64,000 bases of DNA, taken from the IMG/VR virus record IMGVR_UViG_2788500526_000003, positions 488 to 64,487 of that record. One strand, given 5' to 3'. Each line of letters opens with the position of its first letter. Positions within the stretch are counted from its first letter, which is position 1. Below the pieces are notes generated by a model. The model was not told where the DNA came from. It searched no databases and saw nothing but the letters and a program-made list of their open reading frames with translations. The translations under genes were made by a program, and so were the position numbers. This stretch comes from a virus. Shown here piece by piece: positions 26,808-37,203 of the stretch.

Positions 26808-27806
26808 ATGTCTAACAGTGGCAGTTCGCTTCAAGCGCTAAACTACGACGATGGGTCGGAAAGCGGTGTTGATCTTTCCTTCAATTCCGAGACAAACAGC
26901 ATCTGGGCAACTCAGGAGCAGATTGCTCGTTTGTTTGGAGTTGGCCGTTCAAACATTACGCAGCATATCGCGAACCTTTTCGCCGACGAGGAATTGACGG
27001 AAGAAGGCAATGTTAGAAATTTTAACTTTGCTCATTCAACCAAGCCGGTGCGTATCTACAGTTTGGATGTGATGATATCGGTCGGCTATCGCGTAAACTC
27101 ACGAGCAGCAACGAAATTCCGGCAGTGGGCCACCCACACGCTTCGCACCTACCTTGAACAAGGGTATGTGATTAACGAACGGGCGCTTCGGGATTCTCCC
27201 GAAATGCTCAACAAACTTGCTGCCGAAATCCGTGCGTTGCGGTCCTCGGAGAAGCAAGTTTATGCAAAAGTCCGCGAATGCTTCAAAGTCTCATCTTCCG
27301 ACTACGATCCTTCCGCCAAAGAAGTTCGCAAGTTCTACGCGTTGTTGCAGGACAAGTTTCACCATGCAATTACGGGATTAACTAGCTCCAAGTTGATCCT
27401 TGATCGAGCAGATCATCAGGAAGAAAACCTAGGTCTGCTTACGATGGGTGGAGATAAGCCAACTCTCAAAGACGCCCAGGTTGGCAAAAATTACCTTAGA
27501 CCCGACGAGCTGTATCGGTTGCATCTTCTTTCCGAACAGTTTCTGCTCTTCGCTGAATCTACGGCCTTGGCTCAGAAGAAGATGACTATGCAGTCGCTAC
27601 ACGATCAGTTGGACCGTCTGTTGACGCTCAACGATTATGAAGTGTTTGATGGCTATAAAGACTACATAAAGGATGAAGCTTTGCGGCACGCAAAGATCGA
27701 ATACGAGCTCTACCTGACGCGCCAGAAGGTTGAAGCTGCCGGTATAGAGTATGATGTCGAGGCGCTTTATCTAGGCGAGTATGACGACATTCTAGAGGAC
27801 GCATAA
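26808..27806 (+). CDS. RhuM-family DNA-binding protein
   Basis: WATQEQIARLF...YSLDVMISVGYRVNSRAATKFRQWAT. Confidence 0.8.
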   Translation: MSNSGSSLQALNYDDGSESGVDLSFNSETNSIWATQEQIARLFGVGRSNITQHIANLFADEELTEEGNVRNFNFAHSTKPVRIYSLDVMISVGYRVNSRAATKFRQWATHTLRTYLEQGYVINERALRDSPEMLNKLAAEIRALRSSEKQVYAKVRECFKVSSSDYDPSAKEVRKFYALLQDKFHHAITGLTSSKLILDRADHQEENLGLLTMGGDKPTLKDAQVGKNYLRPDELYRLHLLSEQFLLFAESTALAQKKMTMQSLHDQLDRLLTLNDYEVFDGYKDYIKDEALRHAKIEYELYLTRQKVEAAGIEYDVEALYLGEYDDILEDA

Positions 27807-27834
27807 AGAGCGGGGCTTAGGCTCCGCTTTTTTT
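27807..27834 (+). terminator. Rho-independent terminator
   Basis: AGCGGGGC-TTAG-GCTCCGCT followed by T7. Confidence 0.7.
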
Positions 27835-27863
27835 ACTCGGAACACGTATAATATTTTAGGCGA

Positions 27864-28100
27864 TTATACCCCAAAAAAAATAACCTTGATGATGGCCATA
27901 AGGGTTAAACAAACTGGTATCCCTAAGATTACAGTCCACGCCTGCTTCGGTGTGAAGAGTTCTTTATACGGCTTATATGCATCATCCCGGTACGACCCGG
28001 AACTAAACATGGATGCAATCAGAGCAATGAAATATAGGAACATAAAGAATACGATTGGAGACAAAACGATGATGATTAGGATCGCGGCCAGGGTGAACAT
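27864..28100 (-). CDS. Small two-TM membrane protein
   Basis: AT-rich, two hydrophobic stretches. Confidence 0.55.
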   Translation of the reverse strand: MFTLAAILIIIVLSPIVFFMFLYFIALIASMFSSGSYRDDAYKPYKELFTPKQAWTVILGIPVCLTLMAIIKVIFFGV

Positions 28101-28551
28101 TATCGCCTCTAAGGGTTCTCATGAAACTTTGCATAGTATGACATGATGTCGTCTGGAATCGAAAGCTATACGCCTGATGGGTGTCCTAAGATCGTGATAA
28201 TCGTACTTTTTATACAACCAAGTTCAATCGAAAAATACAACCAAAGGTAACGCGTAAGTGAGGTGCGTAGAGTCTATTTTCTCTGCTTCAACTCTACGCA
28301 AATGCACGCTGCTAAATGTGCGCAATCATCCTCATAGAGAGATTGCGCACTTGAGCGCACAGCGCATCAAGTTGCGATTTTTTACTTTACGCACTTTACG
28401 CACTTCGGGCTCGGTTGAAATACAACCTGATTTGTGGATGGCCCAAAATATTTGCCGCGCTATGTCGGCCATTAACACCACATTTATTGAGACATTCCAC
28501 ACTCGTCTTGCCGCTACCAACGGCATACCGCAATCAACACGAGGAGCTCAC

Positions 28552-29058
28552 ATGGCACGCAGCCGCACACGCGCGCCTTCGTCTACCGCACCGTCTACGA
28601 CCACACAGATCACACGCTTCAACGGCGCTCGCGTCAAGATTACCACCAAGGCAGGGAAGGTGACGACAAAGCCAGCCTTGCCGCTCGAATGGGAACTACA
28701 GGCGGCACAAATCACCAGCCTCCGCCGCCTGCCACAGTACCAGCGCGAGTTCCTGCTGGCCGGTGACATGAACGCCAGCAAGCGTGGACCAAGAGCGCAG
28801 GCCCAGGCAATCGCAACAGGAATGACCAGCGGTGAACCTGACCTCCGCATCTACGGCGAATACGGTCGCCTGCTGCTGATCGAGAACAAGGTTGGGCAGG
28901 GAAGACTGTCGCCGGCCCAGAAAGACCGTCACGCAGCGCTTGATAGGCTTGGCTACACAGTTCTGGTCATTCGGGCCACCACAACGACAGAAGCCGCTGA
29001 GAAAGCCGTTATGGCGGTTCTGGGGTGGCTTGCACAAGAGAAGGGGAAAGCAGCATGA
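28552..29058 (+). CDS. VRR-NUC domain nuclease
   Basis: GEPDLRI...LIENKVGQGRLSPAQK; RBS at 28536-28546. Confidence 0.82.
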   Translation: MARSRTRAPSSTAPSTTTQITRFNGARVKITTKAGKVTTKPALPLEWELQAAQITSLRRLPQYQREFLLAGDMNASKRGPRAQAQAIATGMTSGEPDLRIYGEYGRLLLIENKVGQGRLSPAQKDRHAALDRLGYTVLVIRATTTTEAAEKAVMAVLGWLAQEKGKAA

Positions 29059-29576
29059 CCGGTACGTTTATGGGTGGTCTAAATAACCCAGACGCGCACC
29101 ACCGAAGCATGATCCATCGTTATGAGGAATCGACGAAAGATTGCACGTTCGGGGACGGGAATAGGGATCATTACGGTCTAACAGAGTTGAGAAATCTGAA
29201 ACTGCTTGTGTCAGCATCAAAGACCATAACGACTCCAAACCACACAGCAGTTTACGTCATAGGTGAAGAATACGCGACGCGCATCAAAATCGGCAAGGCA
29301 AGATCGCCTATACATAGGTTGGCCACACTGCAAACCGGGAACCCCGAGACGTTATTTTTGCACCGTGTGTTTTGGTTCGATACGCCATGCGCCGCATCAC
29401 GAGTTGAGGAACAAGCGCACATAATCGCCGGTCAGGAGCGACGACGCCTTGAAGGCGAGTGGTTCGAATGCCTGCCTCATCAAGCCCACGAACACATTGT
29501 TGAAGCGGCGCGGTCTCTTCGCATCGGTTTTTGTGCCCTTACACCATCGAAGGATACACCATATGTCATATCTTAA
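29055..29576 (+). CDS. GIY-YIG (T5orf172-like) domain protein
   Basis: VYVIG...IKIGKA...RLATLQTGNP...GEWF. Confidence 0.78.
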   Translation: MTGTFMGGLNNPDAHHRSMIHRYEESTKDCTFGDGNRDHYGLTELRNLKLLVSASKTITTPNHTAVYVIGEEYATRIKIGKARSPIHRLATLQTGNPETLFLHRVFWFDTPCAASRVEEQAHIIAGQERRRLEGEWFECLPHQAHEHIVEAARSLRIGFCALTPSKDTPYVIS

Positions 29577-30351
29577 TTCCAAGCCGACACTCTCATCCAG
29601 CGCAATCCATGGATGGCCGTTGCCAGAACGCAACCCAGAACAGCGAGAGGCCACGAGAGAACGGCTGCGTATCGAGCGTGCGCGGGAGGCGAAGGCAATT
29701 GCCAAGATGCGCCGTCGCATTGAACGGCGTCAGTCAATTGGAAACGATTGGGATGGTCGTGCTGCAAACGATAATCTTGCATGGCCGCTTGCTGTGGCGC
29801 TTATACGAGAAGGAAATACTGATCTTCTGAAATACGCGATGATGTACCGTCGTATTCACACGGCAGCGAAAAGCAACGCATTGCTCGGAGGCTCGTCGGT
29901 ATCTCTAGGCGAAGGGATGGCCCTTGATCGGCACATTCACGTTCGGCCGAACGGAAGCATTGCTTACAAACACGTTCGCCAATCAGCCGCGGCGAGCGTT
30001 GATATTCCGGCTCGGCGTGCAACCGTCACTGATTCCGAAGCACAGCTTTCATCAGAAAAATCAGAAAGCGGGTACACGAATGTTCCAAAGCCATGGAGGG
30101 GAGATGTGCCGGTCAATGAGATGATTGACGCGCAGCGTAAAATTTCCCGGCTGCAATCAGCACTGGGCTACCTGTGTGAGCCCTTCGAGTTAGCTTGCAT
30201 CGATGGGAAGACGCTAGCAGAAGTTGGGGCAACCGTTGGTGTATCCAATCGAAGCGGCGCGCAAGGGGCGGGCCGAGCTCTTGTCCATACAGCACTTATC
30301 ACATTGCGCGACATCTTGGGAGATTTACAGCGTAAAGACATAGCGGCCTGA
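29563..30351 (+). CDS. Putative late transcription regulator with a C-terminal HTH
   Basis: Last early gene before tRNA/terminase; GKTLAEVGATVG helix. Confidence 0.55.
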   Translation: MSYLNSKPTLSSSAIHGWPLPERNPEQREATRERLRIERAREAKAIAKMRRRIERRQSIGNDWDGRAANDNLAWPLAVALIREGNTDLLKYAMMYRRIHTAAKSNALLGGSSVSLGEGMALDRHIHVRPNGSIAYKHVRQSAAASVDIPARRATVTDSEAQLSSEKSESGYTNVPKPWRGDVPVNEMIDAQRKISRLQSALGYLCEPFELACIDGKTLAEVGATVGVSNRSGAQGAGRALVHTALITLRDILGDLQRKDIAA

Positions 30352-30557
30352 CGCATGCGCTGAATGTCCCAAAGCTTGGTAATAGTGGGAAGGCAATCTT
30401 CCACACCATTCCAAGTTCTGTGCGCACAGGCTGATGCCAGCGACAGACGCTCGGCCACGATGTGAGCCGGGCGTAACTATTCCAGCGCCGTTTCTCCTCC
30501 GGCTGCTGGTTCGGCGGGTTGAGCCTATTGCGGTAGGCTCCCCGCCATCTGATTTTA

Positions 30558-30634
30558 TGCGGAGTGGAGAAGTAGTTATCTCGCCGGTCTCATAAACCGG
30601 AGACCGTGGGTGCAAATCCCACCTGCCGCAACCA
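30558..30634 (+). tRNA. tRNA with CAT anticodon (Met or Ile2)
   Basis: Anticodon arm CCGGT-CTCATAA-ACCGG, T arm GTGGG-TGCAAAT-CCCAC, encoded CCA; one extra G in the acceptor stem. Confidence 0.8.
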
Positions 30635-30724
30635 ATTAACAAAACCCGACACGCCTTTTGCCGCCGCGATAGATTGTGGATTAAGCGCACGCGCACCAGT
30701 CGGGTTACTTATAAGAGGCTTGCA

Positions 30725-30901
30725 ATGTTTGATCGTCTCTTTCGGATCGCTGCCGATGTTGTGACTGCTCCGGTAGCTGTAGCTGCGGATGTCGTCACCC
30801 TTGGCGGACTGGTCAATGACCGGACTGAGCCTTATACGATGACCAAGGCGCGGCGCATTGGAAGTAACGCCGCCAAAATCGTTGATACGCTCGCGTCCTG
30901 A
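30725..30901 (+). CDS. 58-aa hypothetical protein
   Basis: GAGG RBS before MFDRLFRI. Confidence 0.5.
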   Translation: MFDRLFRIAADVVTAPVAVAADVVTLGGLVNDRTEPYTMTKARRIGSNAAKIVDTLAS

Positions 30902-31199
30902 CCGCCGCAGCACTGATGCTGCTGCTTACCGCAAGCTTTACAAGACATCACGCTGGCAGCGCTTACGCGAGCGGCAACTGACCGCACATCCATTGTGCGC
31001 CTACTGCATGCAGCAAGAGGACGTCACGCCAGCGACGGTGTGTGACCATGTGCGCCCCCATAAAGGGTGCGAAGAATTGTTCTTCGACCCAGACAATCTC
31101 CAAAGCCTTTGCGCACCGTGCCATGATCGCATCAAGCAGCGTGAAGAGCTCGGGCAAGACGTCGTTCGGTTCGGGCCGGACGGATGGCCGGTCAGCTGA
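30858..31199 (+). CDS. Packaging-associated HNH endonuclease (HK97 gp74-like)
   Basis: CAYC...VCDHVRPH...NLQSLCAPCHD; directly before terS. Confidence 0.88.
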   Translation: MEVTPPKSLIRSRPDRRSTDAAAYRKLYKTSRWQRLRERQLTAHPLCAYCMQQEDVTPATVCDHVRPHKGCEELFFDPDNLQSLCAPCHDRIKQREELGQDVVRFGPDGWPVS

Positions 31200-31312
31200 C
31201 CACCCGGGGGGGGGGCATCAAAAAGTCCAAAAGCCAACAATTCCCGGACCGGCGGGGACCGACAGCGCACGCATCTGCAATTCAAAACATGACCCCATAA
31301 GGATTTCATTCC

Positions 31313-31699
31313 ATGGCAAAGCCGAGAAATCCCCTCGGCAAAGCAAAGGTCGAGGGTCGCGACAAAATCAATGCCGGTCGGTACAAAAACCGCGCCGAAC
31401 CGGCCGCAAACGGCCCTCTTGGGGCTCCTCCCGTTTGGTTGAAGGACAGCGCTGAGATCAAAGCGAAGTCAGCCTGGAAGCTTTTCGCCAAAGAGCTGCC
31501 GTGGCTGAATGAATCGCATCGAACACTGGTCGGAATGGCCTCGACTATTCAGGGACGCATCATGGCCGGGCAGGAGGTAGGCGTGCAGGCGATGAATTTG
31601 CTTCGCCAGATGCTTGGCCAGATGGGTGCGACGCCTGCTGACGCGTCCAAGGTTGCGACGCCTGACGAGGGCGAGGAAAAGGATGATCTGCTTGACTGA
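31313..31699 (+). CDS. terS: Terminase small subunit
   Basis: Position; GAPPVWL...MGATPADASKV. Confidence 0.75.
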   Translation: MAKPRNPLGKAKVEGRDKINAGRYKNRAEPAANGPLGAPPVWLKDSAEIKAKSAWKLFAKELPWLNESHRTLVGMASTIQGRIMAGQEVGVQAMNLLRQMLGQMGATPADASKVATPDEGEEKDDLLD

Positions 31700-31700
31700 T

Positions 31701-33554
31701 ATGCCTGCGCTTGAGCGTGTGAGCGCTTATGCGCAAGCTGTCATTGATGGCAGAGAAGTTGCCGGCCCTCACGTTTGTAATGCCTGCCGCCGCCATTTCG
31801 ACGATCTCGAACACGGGCACGAGCGCGGGCTTTACTGGGACGACGATGCAGCCGACCGCGTGTTTCGGTTCTTTGAAGGGCGACTCAAGCTTTCCGAAGG
31901 CCAGTTTGAAGGCAAGCCGTTCAAGCTGCATGCCTCGCAGGCTTTCAAGCTTGGGTCGCTCTTCGGCTGGAAACGGGCCGACGGTTCGCGCCGCTTTCGT
32001 CGCGCCTACATCGAAGAGGGCAAAGGCAACGGTAAGTCGCCGTTTGCGGGCGGTGTCGGTTTGTACGGTCTGATTGCCGACAGGGAAGCCGGCGCCCAGA
32101 TTTATGCTGCGGCCGCCAAGAAAGAACAGGCTGGGATTCTGTTTCAGGACGCCGTGAAAATGGTTCGCGCGGCTCCGGCGCTGGTCGAACGACTGAAGTT
32201 CAGCGGAGGTATCGGGCGCGAGTTCAATATCGCGCATCACAAGTCGCAATCTTTTTTTCGCCCCATATCGAAAGATTCCGGCAAGTCTGGCTCGGGTCCG
32301 CGACCGCACTTTGCGCTTTGTGATGAGGTGCACGAGCACCCCGACCGCTCAACGATGGAAATGCTTGAGCGCGGCTTCAAGTTTCGTCGTCAGCCGCTGC
32401 TGCTGATGATTACGAACTCGGGCAGCGACAGAAACAGCATTTGCTGGGAAGAGCACGAGCATGCCGTCAAGGTAGCTGCTGGTACGCAAACGCCAGATGA
32501 CGATTTTACCTATGTCGGCGAGGTGATCGACGACACGACATTTTCCTATGTCTGCGCGCTGGACAAGGGCGACGATCCGCTCAAGGACGAAACCTGCTGG
32601 AAGAAGGCTAACCCGCTTCTGGGCGTTATCTTGACGCAGGAATATCTGGCCGGCGTTGTTGCTCAGGCAAAGCAGATGCCGGGCAAGCTGAACGGCATTC
32701 TTCGGCTGCACTTCTGCTGCTGGACCGATGCCGACAAGGCATGGATGCCGCGCGAGACCGTCGAAAGCGTAATGGACGATTTCGATCCCGAAGTCGAACA
32801 CGCTGACAAGCCGGTTTTCATGGGCGTCGACCTGTCCGGCAGTAAGGATATGACTGTTCTTGCCTGTGTTGTCCCGACCGGTTTCAAGGAAATGGACCGC
32901 GAGGACGGATCTACAGTCAATCTGCCGACGTTCGATGCGTGGGTTGAGGCTTGGACGCCAGCAGATACTCTGGAAGCGCGAGAACAGGCTGACAAGGCGC
33001 CATATGCGCTTTGGGTAAAACAGGGTTGGTTGAATGCTCCGCCTGGCAAGCGAATTCGATATGACTTCGTGGCTTCGCGGGTGCAGCAACTCGATCAAGC
33101 CTTCGATATCAAGGCCATCGCCTACGACCGATATGCCTACGACAAGTTCCGCGAGGAAGTCGAAGCGCTCGGGTTGGACATTGAACATGTTGCACACCCG
33201 CAGGGCGGTAAGGTTCGGGCGCGTCCCGAGCCAGCAAAGGTAGAAGCGGCGAAAGCTGCCGGCCTGCCACCGCCGCAAGGCCTGTGGATGCCGGGTTCAG
33301 TTCTGGCGCTCGAAGACATGATTATCGACGGTCGCATTCGTATGCGGCGTAGTCCGGTGCTCATGACCGCCCTGATGGGCGCAACCTTCGATCATGACCC
33401 GCAAGACAACCGGTGGTTCGTCAAGACGAAGGCATCGGTGCGCATCGACGCTGCTGTCGCTTTGGCAATGGCAGTTGGTGTGGCGATGGATACACCGATC
33501 GAACCAGCCGACATCGACGACTTCGTCAACAACATGATCACCATAACCTGGTAG
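31701..33554 (+). CDS. terL: Terminase large subunit
   Basis: EEGKGNGKS, ALCDEVHEH, MGVDLS, RIDAAVALAMA. Confidence 0.92.
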   Translation: MPALERVSAYAQAVIDGREVAGPHVCNACRRHFDDLEHGHERGLYWDDDAADRVFRFFEGRLKLSEGQFEGKPFKLHASQAFKLGSLFGWKRADGSRRFRRAYIEEGKGNGKSPFAGGVGLYGLIADREAGAQIYAAAAKKEQAGILFQDAVKMVRAAPALVERLKFSGGIGREFNIAHHKSQSFFRPISKDSGKSGSGPRPHFALCDEVHEHPDRSTMEMLERGFKFRRQPLLLMITNSGSDRNSICWEEHEHAVKVAAGTQTPDDDFTYVGEVIDDTTFSYVCALDKGDDPLKDETCWKKANPLLGVILTQEYLAGVVAQAKQMPGKLNGILRLHFCCWTDADKAWMPRETVESVMDDFDPEVEHADKPVFMGVDLSGSKDMTVLACVVPTGFKEMDREDGSTVNLPTFDAWVEAWTPADTLEAREQADKAPYALWVKQGWLNAPPGKRIRYDFVASRVQQLDQAFDIKAIAYDRYAYDKFREEVEALGLDIEHVAHPQGGKVRARPEPAKVEAAKAAGLPPPQGLWMPGSVLALEDMIIDGRIRMRRSPVLMTALMGATFDHDPQDNRWFVKTKASVRIDAAVALAMAVGVAMDTPIEPADIDDFVNNMITITW

Positions 33555-33562
33555 GAGTGCCC

Positions 33563-34801
33563 ATGGGCCTTTTGACTTGGGTCGGGAAGCCTTTTGGGCT
33601 TCTTTCTGGCCCATGGCGCGCATTCTTTGGAATGTCGACCACTAGCGGCGAGACGGTCACTTACGAGCACGCGATGCAGCTTGATGCTGTCTGGGCGTGT
33701 GTGAACCTGATTTCCAATGCCGTGAAAACTTTGCCCTGTAATGTTTACAAGGGCGACGGCGTTGACGTCGACCGCGAGAATCCGCTGTACGAACTGCTGC
33801 ATGATTTGCCCAACTTGGACGACAGTGCGTCTGATTTCTGGGGCATGGCTGCCCTTTGCCTCTGCCTTGATGGCAATTTCTTCGCAGAAAAGAAGAAAAA
33901 CGGCGATCGGCTGGTAGCGCTGAACCCGTTCAATCCGCTTTGCGTCGATGTAAAGCGCGATGACCGGAACAACCGCTACTACGAAGTCACCGAGCAGTAC
34001 AAAAACGGCAAGAAGGGCGGCGTTCGAAAAATCCGCGAAGAAGACATGCTTCATGTCCGCGGACTGGTCATGCCTGGCTGTGATCGCGGCCTTTCGCCTA
34101 TCGCCGCACAGCGCAATGTGATCGGCAACGCCATGGCCGGCGAGAAAACGTCTGGCCGTATGTTTAAGAACGGCATGATGGCTTCGGTCGTCTTGTCGTC
34201 GGATCAGCTTCTGAAGCCCGATCAGCGCAAGCAGATTGCGGAGTCGTTGCAAGCATTTGCCGGCGCCGATAAGGCAGGCGGGATCGCGGTGCTGGAGGCG
34301 GGCCTGAAACCGTCGCAGATCACCATCAATCCAAAAGATGCGCAAATGCTAGAGACGCGACAGTACAGCGTCGAGCAAATCTGCCGCATTTTCGGTGTGC
34401 CGCCGGTCATGATTGGCCATGCCGCGAATGGCACGACGACATGGGGCAGCGGGATCGAACAATTGATCCTGCAGTTCACCAAGACCTGCCTCACGCCCAT
34501 GCTCAGAAGCATTGAATCGGCAATCTACCGCGACTTGCTTGATGCAAAGACCCGCAAAACGACCGTCGTCAAGTTCAATATGGAAGGCCTGCTGCGCGGC
34601 GATAGTCAGGCGAGGGCAGAGTTCCTGCAGAAGATGGTCCAGAACGGCATTTACACGCCTAATGAGGCCAGAGCTTACGAGAACAAGCCAAAGATGGATG
34701 GCGGCAACGAGCTGATCGTCAACGGCACCATGCAGCCTCTGTCCATGGTCGGACACAACGGCGGCCCACCGCTGGACGATACACAGCCAAGCGCTGGATA
34801 A
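33563..34801 (+). CDS. HK97-family portal protein
   Basis: AVWACVNLIS, GLSPI, ICRIFGVPP, TPNEAR. Confidence 0.92.
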   Translation: MGLLTWVGKPFGLLSGPWRAFFGMSTTSGETVTYEHAMQLDAVWACVNLISNAVKTLPCNVYKGDGVDVDRENPLYELLHDLPNLDDSASDFWGMAALCLCLDGNFFAEKKKNGDRLVALNPFNPLCVDVKRDDRNNRYYEVTEQYKNGKKGGVRKIREEDMLHVRGLVMPGCDRGLSPIAAQRNVIGNAMAGEKTSGRMFKNGMMASVVLSSDQLLKPDQRKQIAESLQAFAGADKAGGIAVLEAGLKPSQITINPKDAQMLETRQYSVEQICRIFGVPPVMIGHAANGTTTWGSGIEQLILQFTKTCLTPMLRSIESAIYRDLLDAKTRKTTVVKFNMEGLLRGDSQARAEFLQKMVQNGIYTPNEARAYENKPKMDGGNELIVNGTMQPLSMVGHNGGPPLDDTQPSAG

Positions 34802-34810
34802 GGGAATTTC

Positions 34811-35929
34811 ATGAAATTCGAACACATTTTGACGGCCTTCGAGGCCGAACCGTGGGCGATTCAGCGCGAAAAACTGGCCGTTTTGGCTGATGTTCTTGCG
34901 GCACGTGTGGCGGGCGACAAGCTCGTCACACCTGAGTTTGCAGCGGCTGTTTCCGACGCTCGCGCGAAGGAAATCGCTGAAATTGACGGCAAGGTCGCAG
35001 TGATCCCGGTTTATGGCGTATTGGCCGACCGAATGGACCTGTTCTCGGCGATGAGTGGTGGCACGTCCTATGCCGGCATAAAGCGCCAGTTGCATAAGGC
35101 GTTGTCCAACGAGGATGTGAAGGCCGTTGTTCTTGATATTGATAGTCCTGGCGGCTCGGTACCGGGCACGGACGAACTCGCAACGGAAATTCGCAAACTG
35201 CGCGGCGGTGAAAAGCCGATCATAGCGCAGGTCAACTCGCTCGCTGCGAGCGCTGCCTACTGGATCGCATCGTCTGCCGACGAAATCGTCGTCACGCCGT
35301 CTGGGCGTGCAGGGTCGATCGGTGTCTATACGGCGCACGACGATATCTCTGCCGCGTTGGAAAAGGCTGGCGTCAAACGCACCTACATTTCTGCCGGCAA
35401 GCACAAGGTCGAAGGCAACGAAACCGAACCACTCGGCAAGGACACGCTGGCTTACATTCAGGACAGCGTAAACCGCTCCTATGGCCGGTTTTTGCAGAGC
35501 GTTGCCGATGGGCGCGGCGTCACGAAATCCAAAGTCGAAGACGGATTTGGTCAGGGCAGGGTGTTTTACTCCGAGGCGCTGATCGACCGGGGTATGGCAG
35601 ACCGTATTGCCACACTAGACGAGACCTTGGCCCGACTGGGCGCGAACACCGAGCCGGATTACATTCGCCGCGTAAAGGCGTCCAACGCCGCAAAGGCAGA
35701 AGCTGCGCAATTGTTGGCCAACAAGATGGCCTCCGGCGAAGAAATTACAAAACGCGAATTCGAGAACGGGATCAGGGGACTGATCGGCTTGTCGAACTCG
35801 GAAGCGGAGCGAGCCGCATCGCTCTACTTCAAGGAACATCAGGGGGAACCTGATGCTGATGCGGAAAACGCCGCTGTTTCGGCGGCCCTGGAACGGCTTT
35901 TGGCCGAAACACGCACTTTCACAATTTAG
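34811..35929 (+). CDS. S49-family prohead protease
   Basis: LDIDSPGG, AASAAYWIAS, AGSIGV. Confidence 0.88.
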   Translation: MKFEHILTAFEAEPWAIQREKLAVLADVLAARVAGDKLVTPEFAAAVSDARAKEIAEIDGKVAVIPVYGVLADRMDLFSAMSGGTSYAGIKRQLHKALSNEDVKAVVLDIDSPGGSVPGTDELATEIRKLRGGEKPIIAQVNSLAASAAYWIASSADEIVVTPSGRAGSIGVYTAHDDISAALEKAGVKRTYISAGKHKVEGNETEPLGKDTLAYIQDSVNRSYGRFLQSVADGRGVTKSKVEDGFGQGRVFYSEALIDRGMADRIATLDETLARLGANTEPDYIRRVKASNAAKAEAAQLLANKMASGEEITKREFENGIRGLIGLSNSEAERAASLYFKEHQGEPDADAENAAVSAALERLLAETRTFTI

Positions 35930-35943
35930 TATCAGGAGGACAT

Positions 35944-37161
35944 ATGTCCGAAGTTTCTCTTGCCGAGAAGATCGGCGAGCTTGGCCAGTCTTTGGCTTCT
36001 ATCAAGGAAAAGGTCGGCAATCTTGCTACCGACTTCACCACGCAGCTCCAGCAGCACGGAACCGTTTCGACGGAGCTGACCGGCAAGGTCGACAAGGCGC
36101 TGTCCGAGCTTGGCGACACCACGACCCGCATTAGCGAACTGGAAAAGCGTGCCGCTCGTGAACGCGACGACGTTGCACAGGGTCCGCAGGACGTTGGCGA
36201 TATTGTCGTGGCGTCTGAAAAGTTCAAGTCGACCGACGTGTCCGGCGCATGGCGCGGTTCTATCCGTGTCGGTATGGAACGTGCAGACATCACGTCCGGC
36301 AATACCACTGTCGGCGCCGGTCGTTCGGCCGGAACCTCGCTTGTCCCTGGACAGCGCGTGCCAGGCATCATTGCCCCGCCTAACCGCCAACTGACGATCC
36401 GCGACCTTATTGCGCCGGGCCAGACCTCGGCCGCAAGTGTCGAGTTCGTCAAGGAAACCGGCTTTACGAACAGCGCAGCGCCAGTCGCTGAAGGCACACA
36501 GAAGCCGAAGTCTGACCTGACCTTTGATATGGAAACCACGCCTGTTCGCACGCTGGCCCATATCTTCAAGGCAAGCCGTCAGATCCTCGATGATGCTCCG
36601 GGTCTTGCGAGTTATATCAATGCTCGCGGCACGTACGGGCTCAAGTTCGTTGAAGAAGGACAGCTTCTGAATGGTGACGGTACCGGTCAGAACCTGCATG
36701 GCATTCTCCCGCAGGCATCGGCCTTCGCTCCGGCATTCACTCCGGAGAACGAAACGGCAATCGACCGCCTCCGACTGGCAATCCTGCAGGTCATTTTGGC
36801 CGAGTATCCGGCGAGCGGTTTCGTTCTGCATCCGACGGATTGGACCAAGATCGAGCTTACCAAGGATCTTGGCGGCAACTATATCGTCGGCAATGCCCAG
36901 TCGCCGATCGGTCCATCGCTGTGGAATCTGCCGGTCGTCCAGACTCAGGCACTTTCTGCGGGCAAGTTCCTGACCGGTGCGTTCAATCTCGGTGCGCAGA
37001 TTTTCGACCGCATGGGCATCGAAGTTCTGATGTCGAGCGAGAACGTGGACGACTTCGAAAAGAACATGTTCACGATCCGTATCGAAGAACGCCTAGCACT
37101 GGCGGTTTACCGTCCAGAGGCCTTCGTGACCGGCGACGTCAATCCGCCTGTAACTCCTTAA
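35944..37161 (+). CDS. Major capsid protein (HK97 fold)
   Basis: LLNGDGTGQNLHGI, TIRIEERLALAVYRPEAF; position. Confidence 0.92.
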   Translation: MSEVSLAEKIGELGQSLASIKEKVGNLATDFTTQLQQHGTVSTELTGKVDKALSELGDTTTRISELEKRAARERDDVAQGPQDVGDIVVASEKFKSTDVSGAWRGSIRVGMERADITSGNTTVGAGRSAGTSLVPGQRVPGIIAPPNRQLTIRDLIAPGQTSAASVEFVKETGFTNSAAPVAEGTQKPKSDLTFDMETTPVRTLAHIFKASRQILDDAPGLASYINARGTYGLKFVEEGQLLNGDGTGQNLHGILPQASAFAPAFTPENETAIDRLRLAILQVILAEYPASGFVLHPTDWTKIELTKDLGGNYIVGNAQSPIGPSLWNLPVVQTQALSAGKFLTGAFNLGAQIFDRMGIEVLMSSENVDDFEKNMFTIRIEERLALAVYRPEAFVTGDVNPPVTP

Positions 37162-37203
37162 TCGTTGATGGGGCGCTTCGGCGCCCCTATTCAAGAGGAA
37201 ATC

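Noticed and set aside
31200-31217. Resemblance of the U3 predicted target (CCACCGGGGGGTATAGGG) to the G-run near the probable cos region
   Set aside because: Only 11/18 identity to this phage's own site; targeting a rival phage's packaging region is possible but unsupported without a database search.
31560-36831. Long antisense or alternative-frame ORFs over terminase, portal, protease and capsid
   Set aside because: Shadow frames of GC-rich genes with no motifs, unlike the nested methyltransferase ORF.
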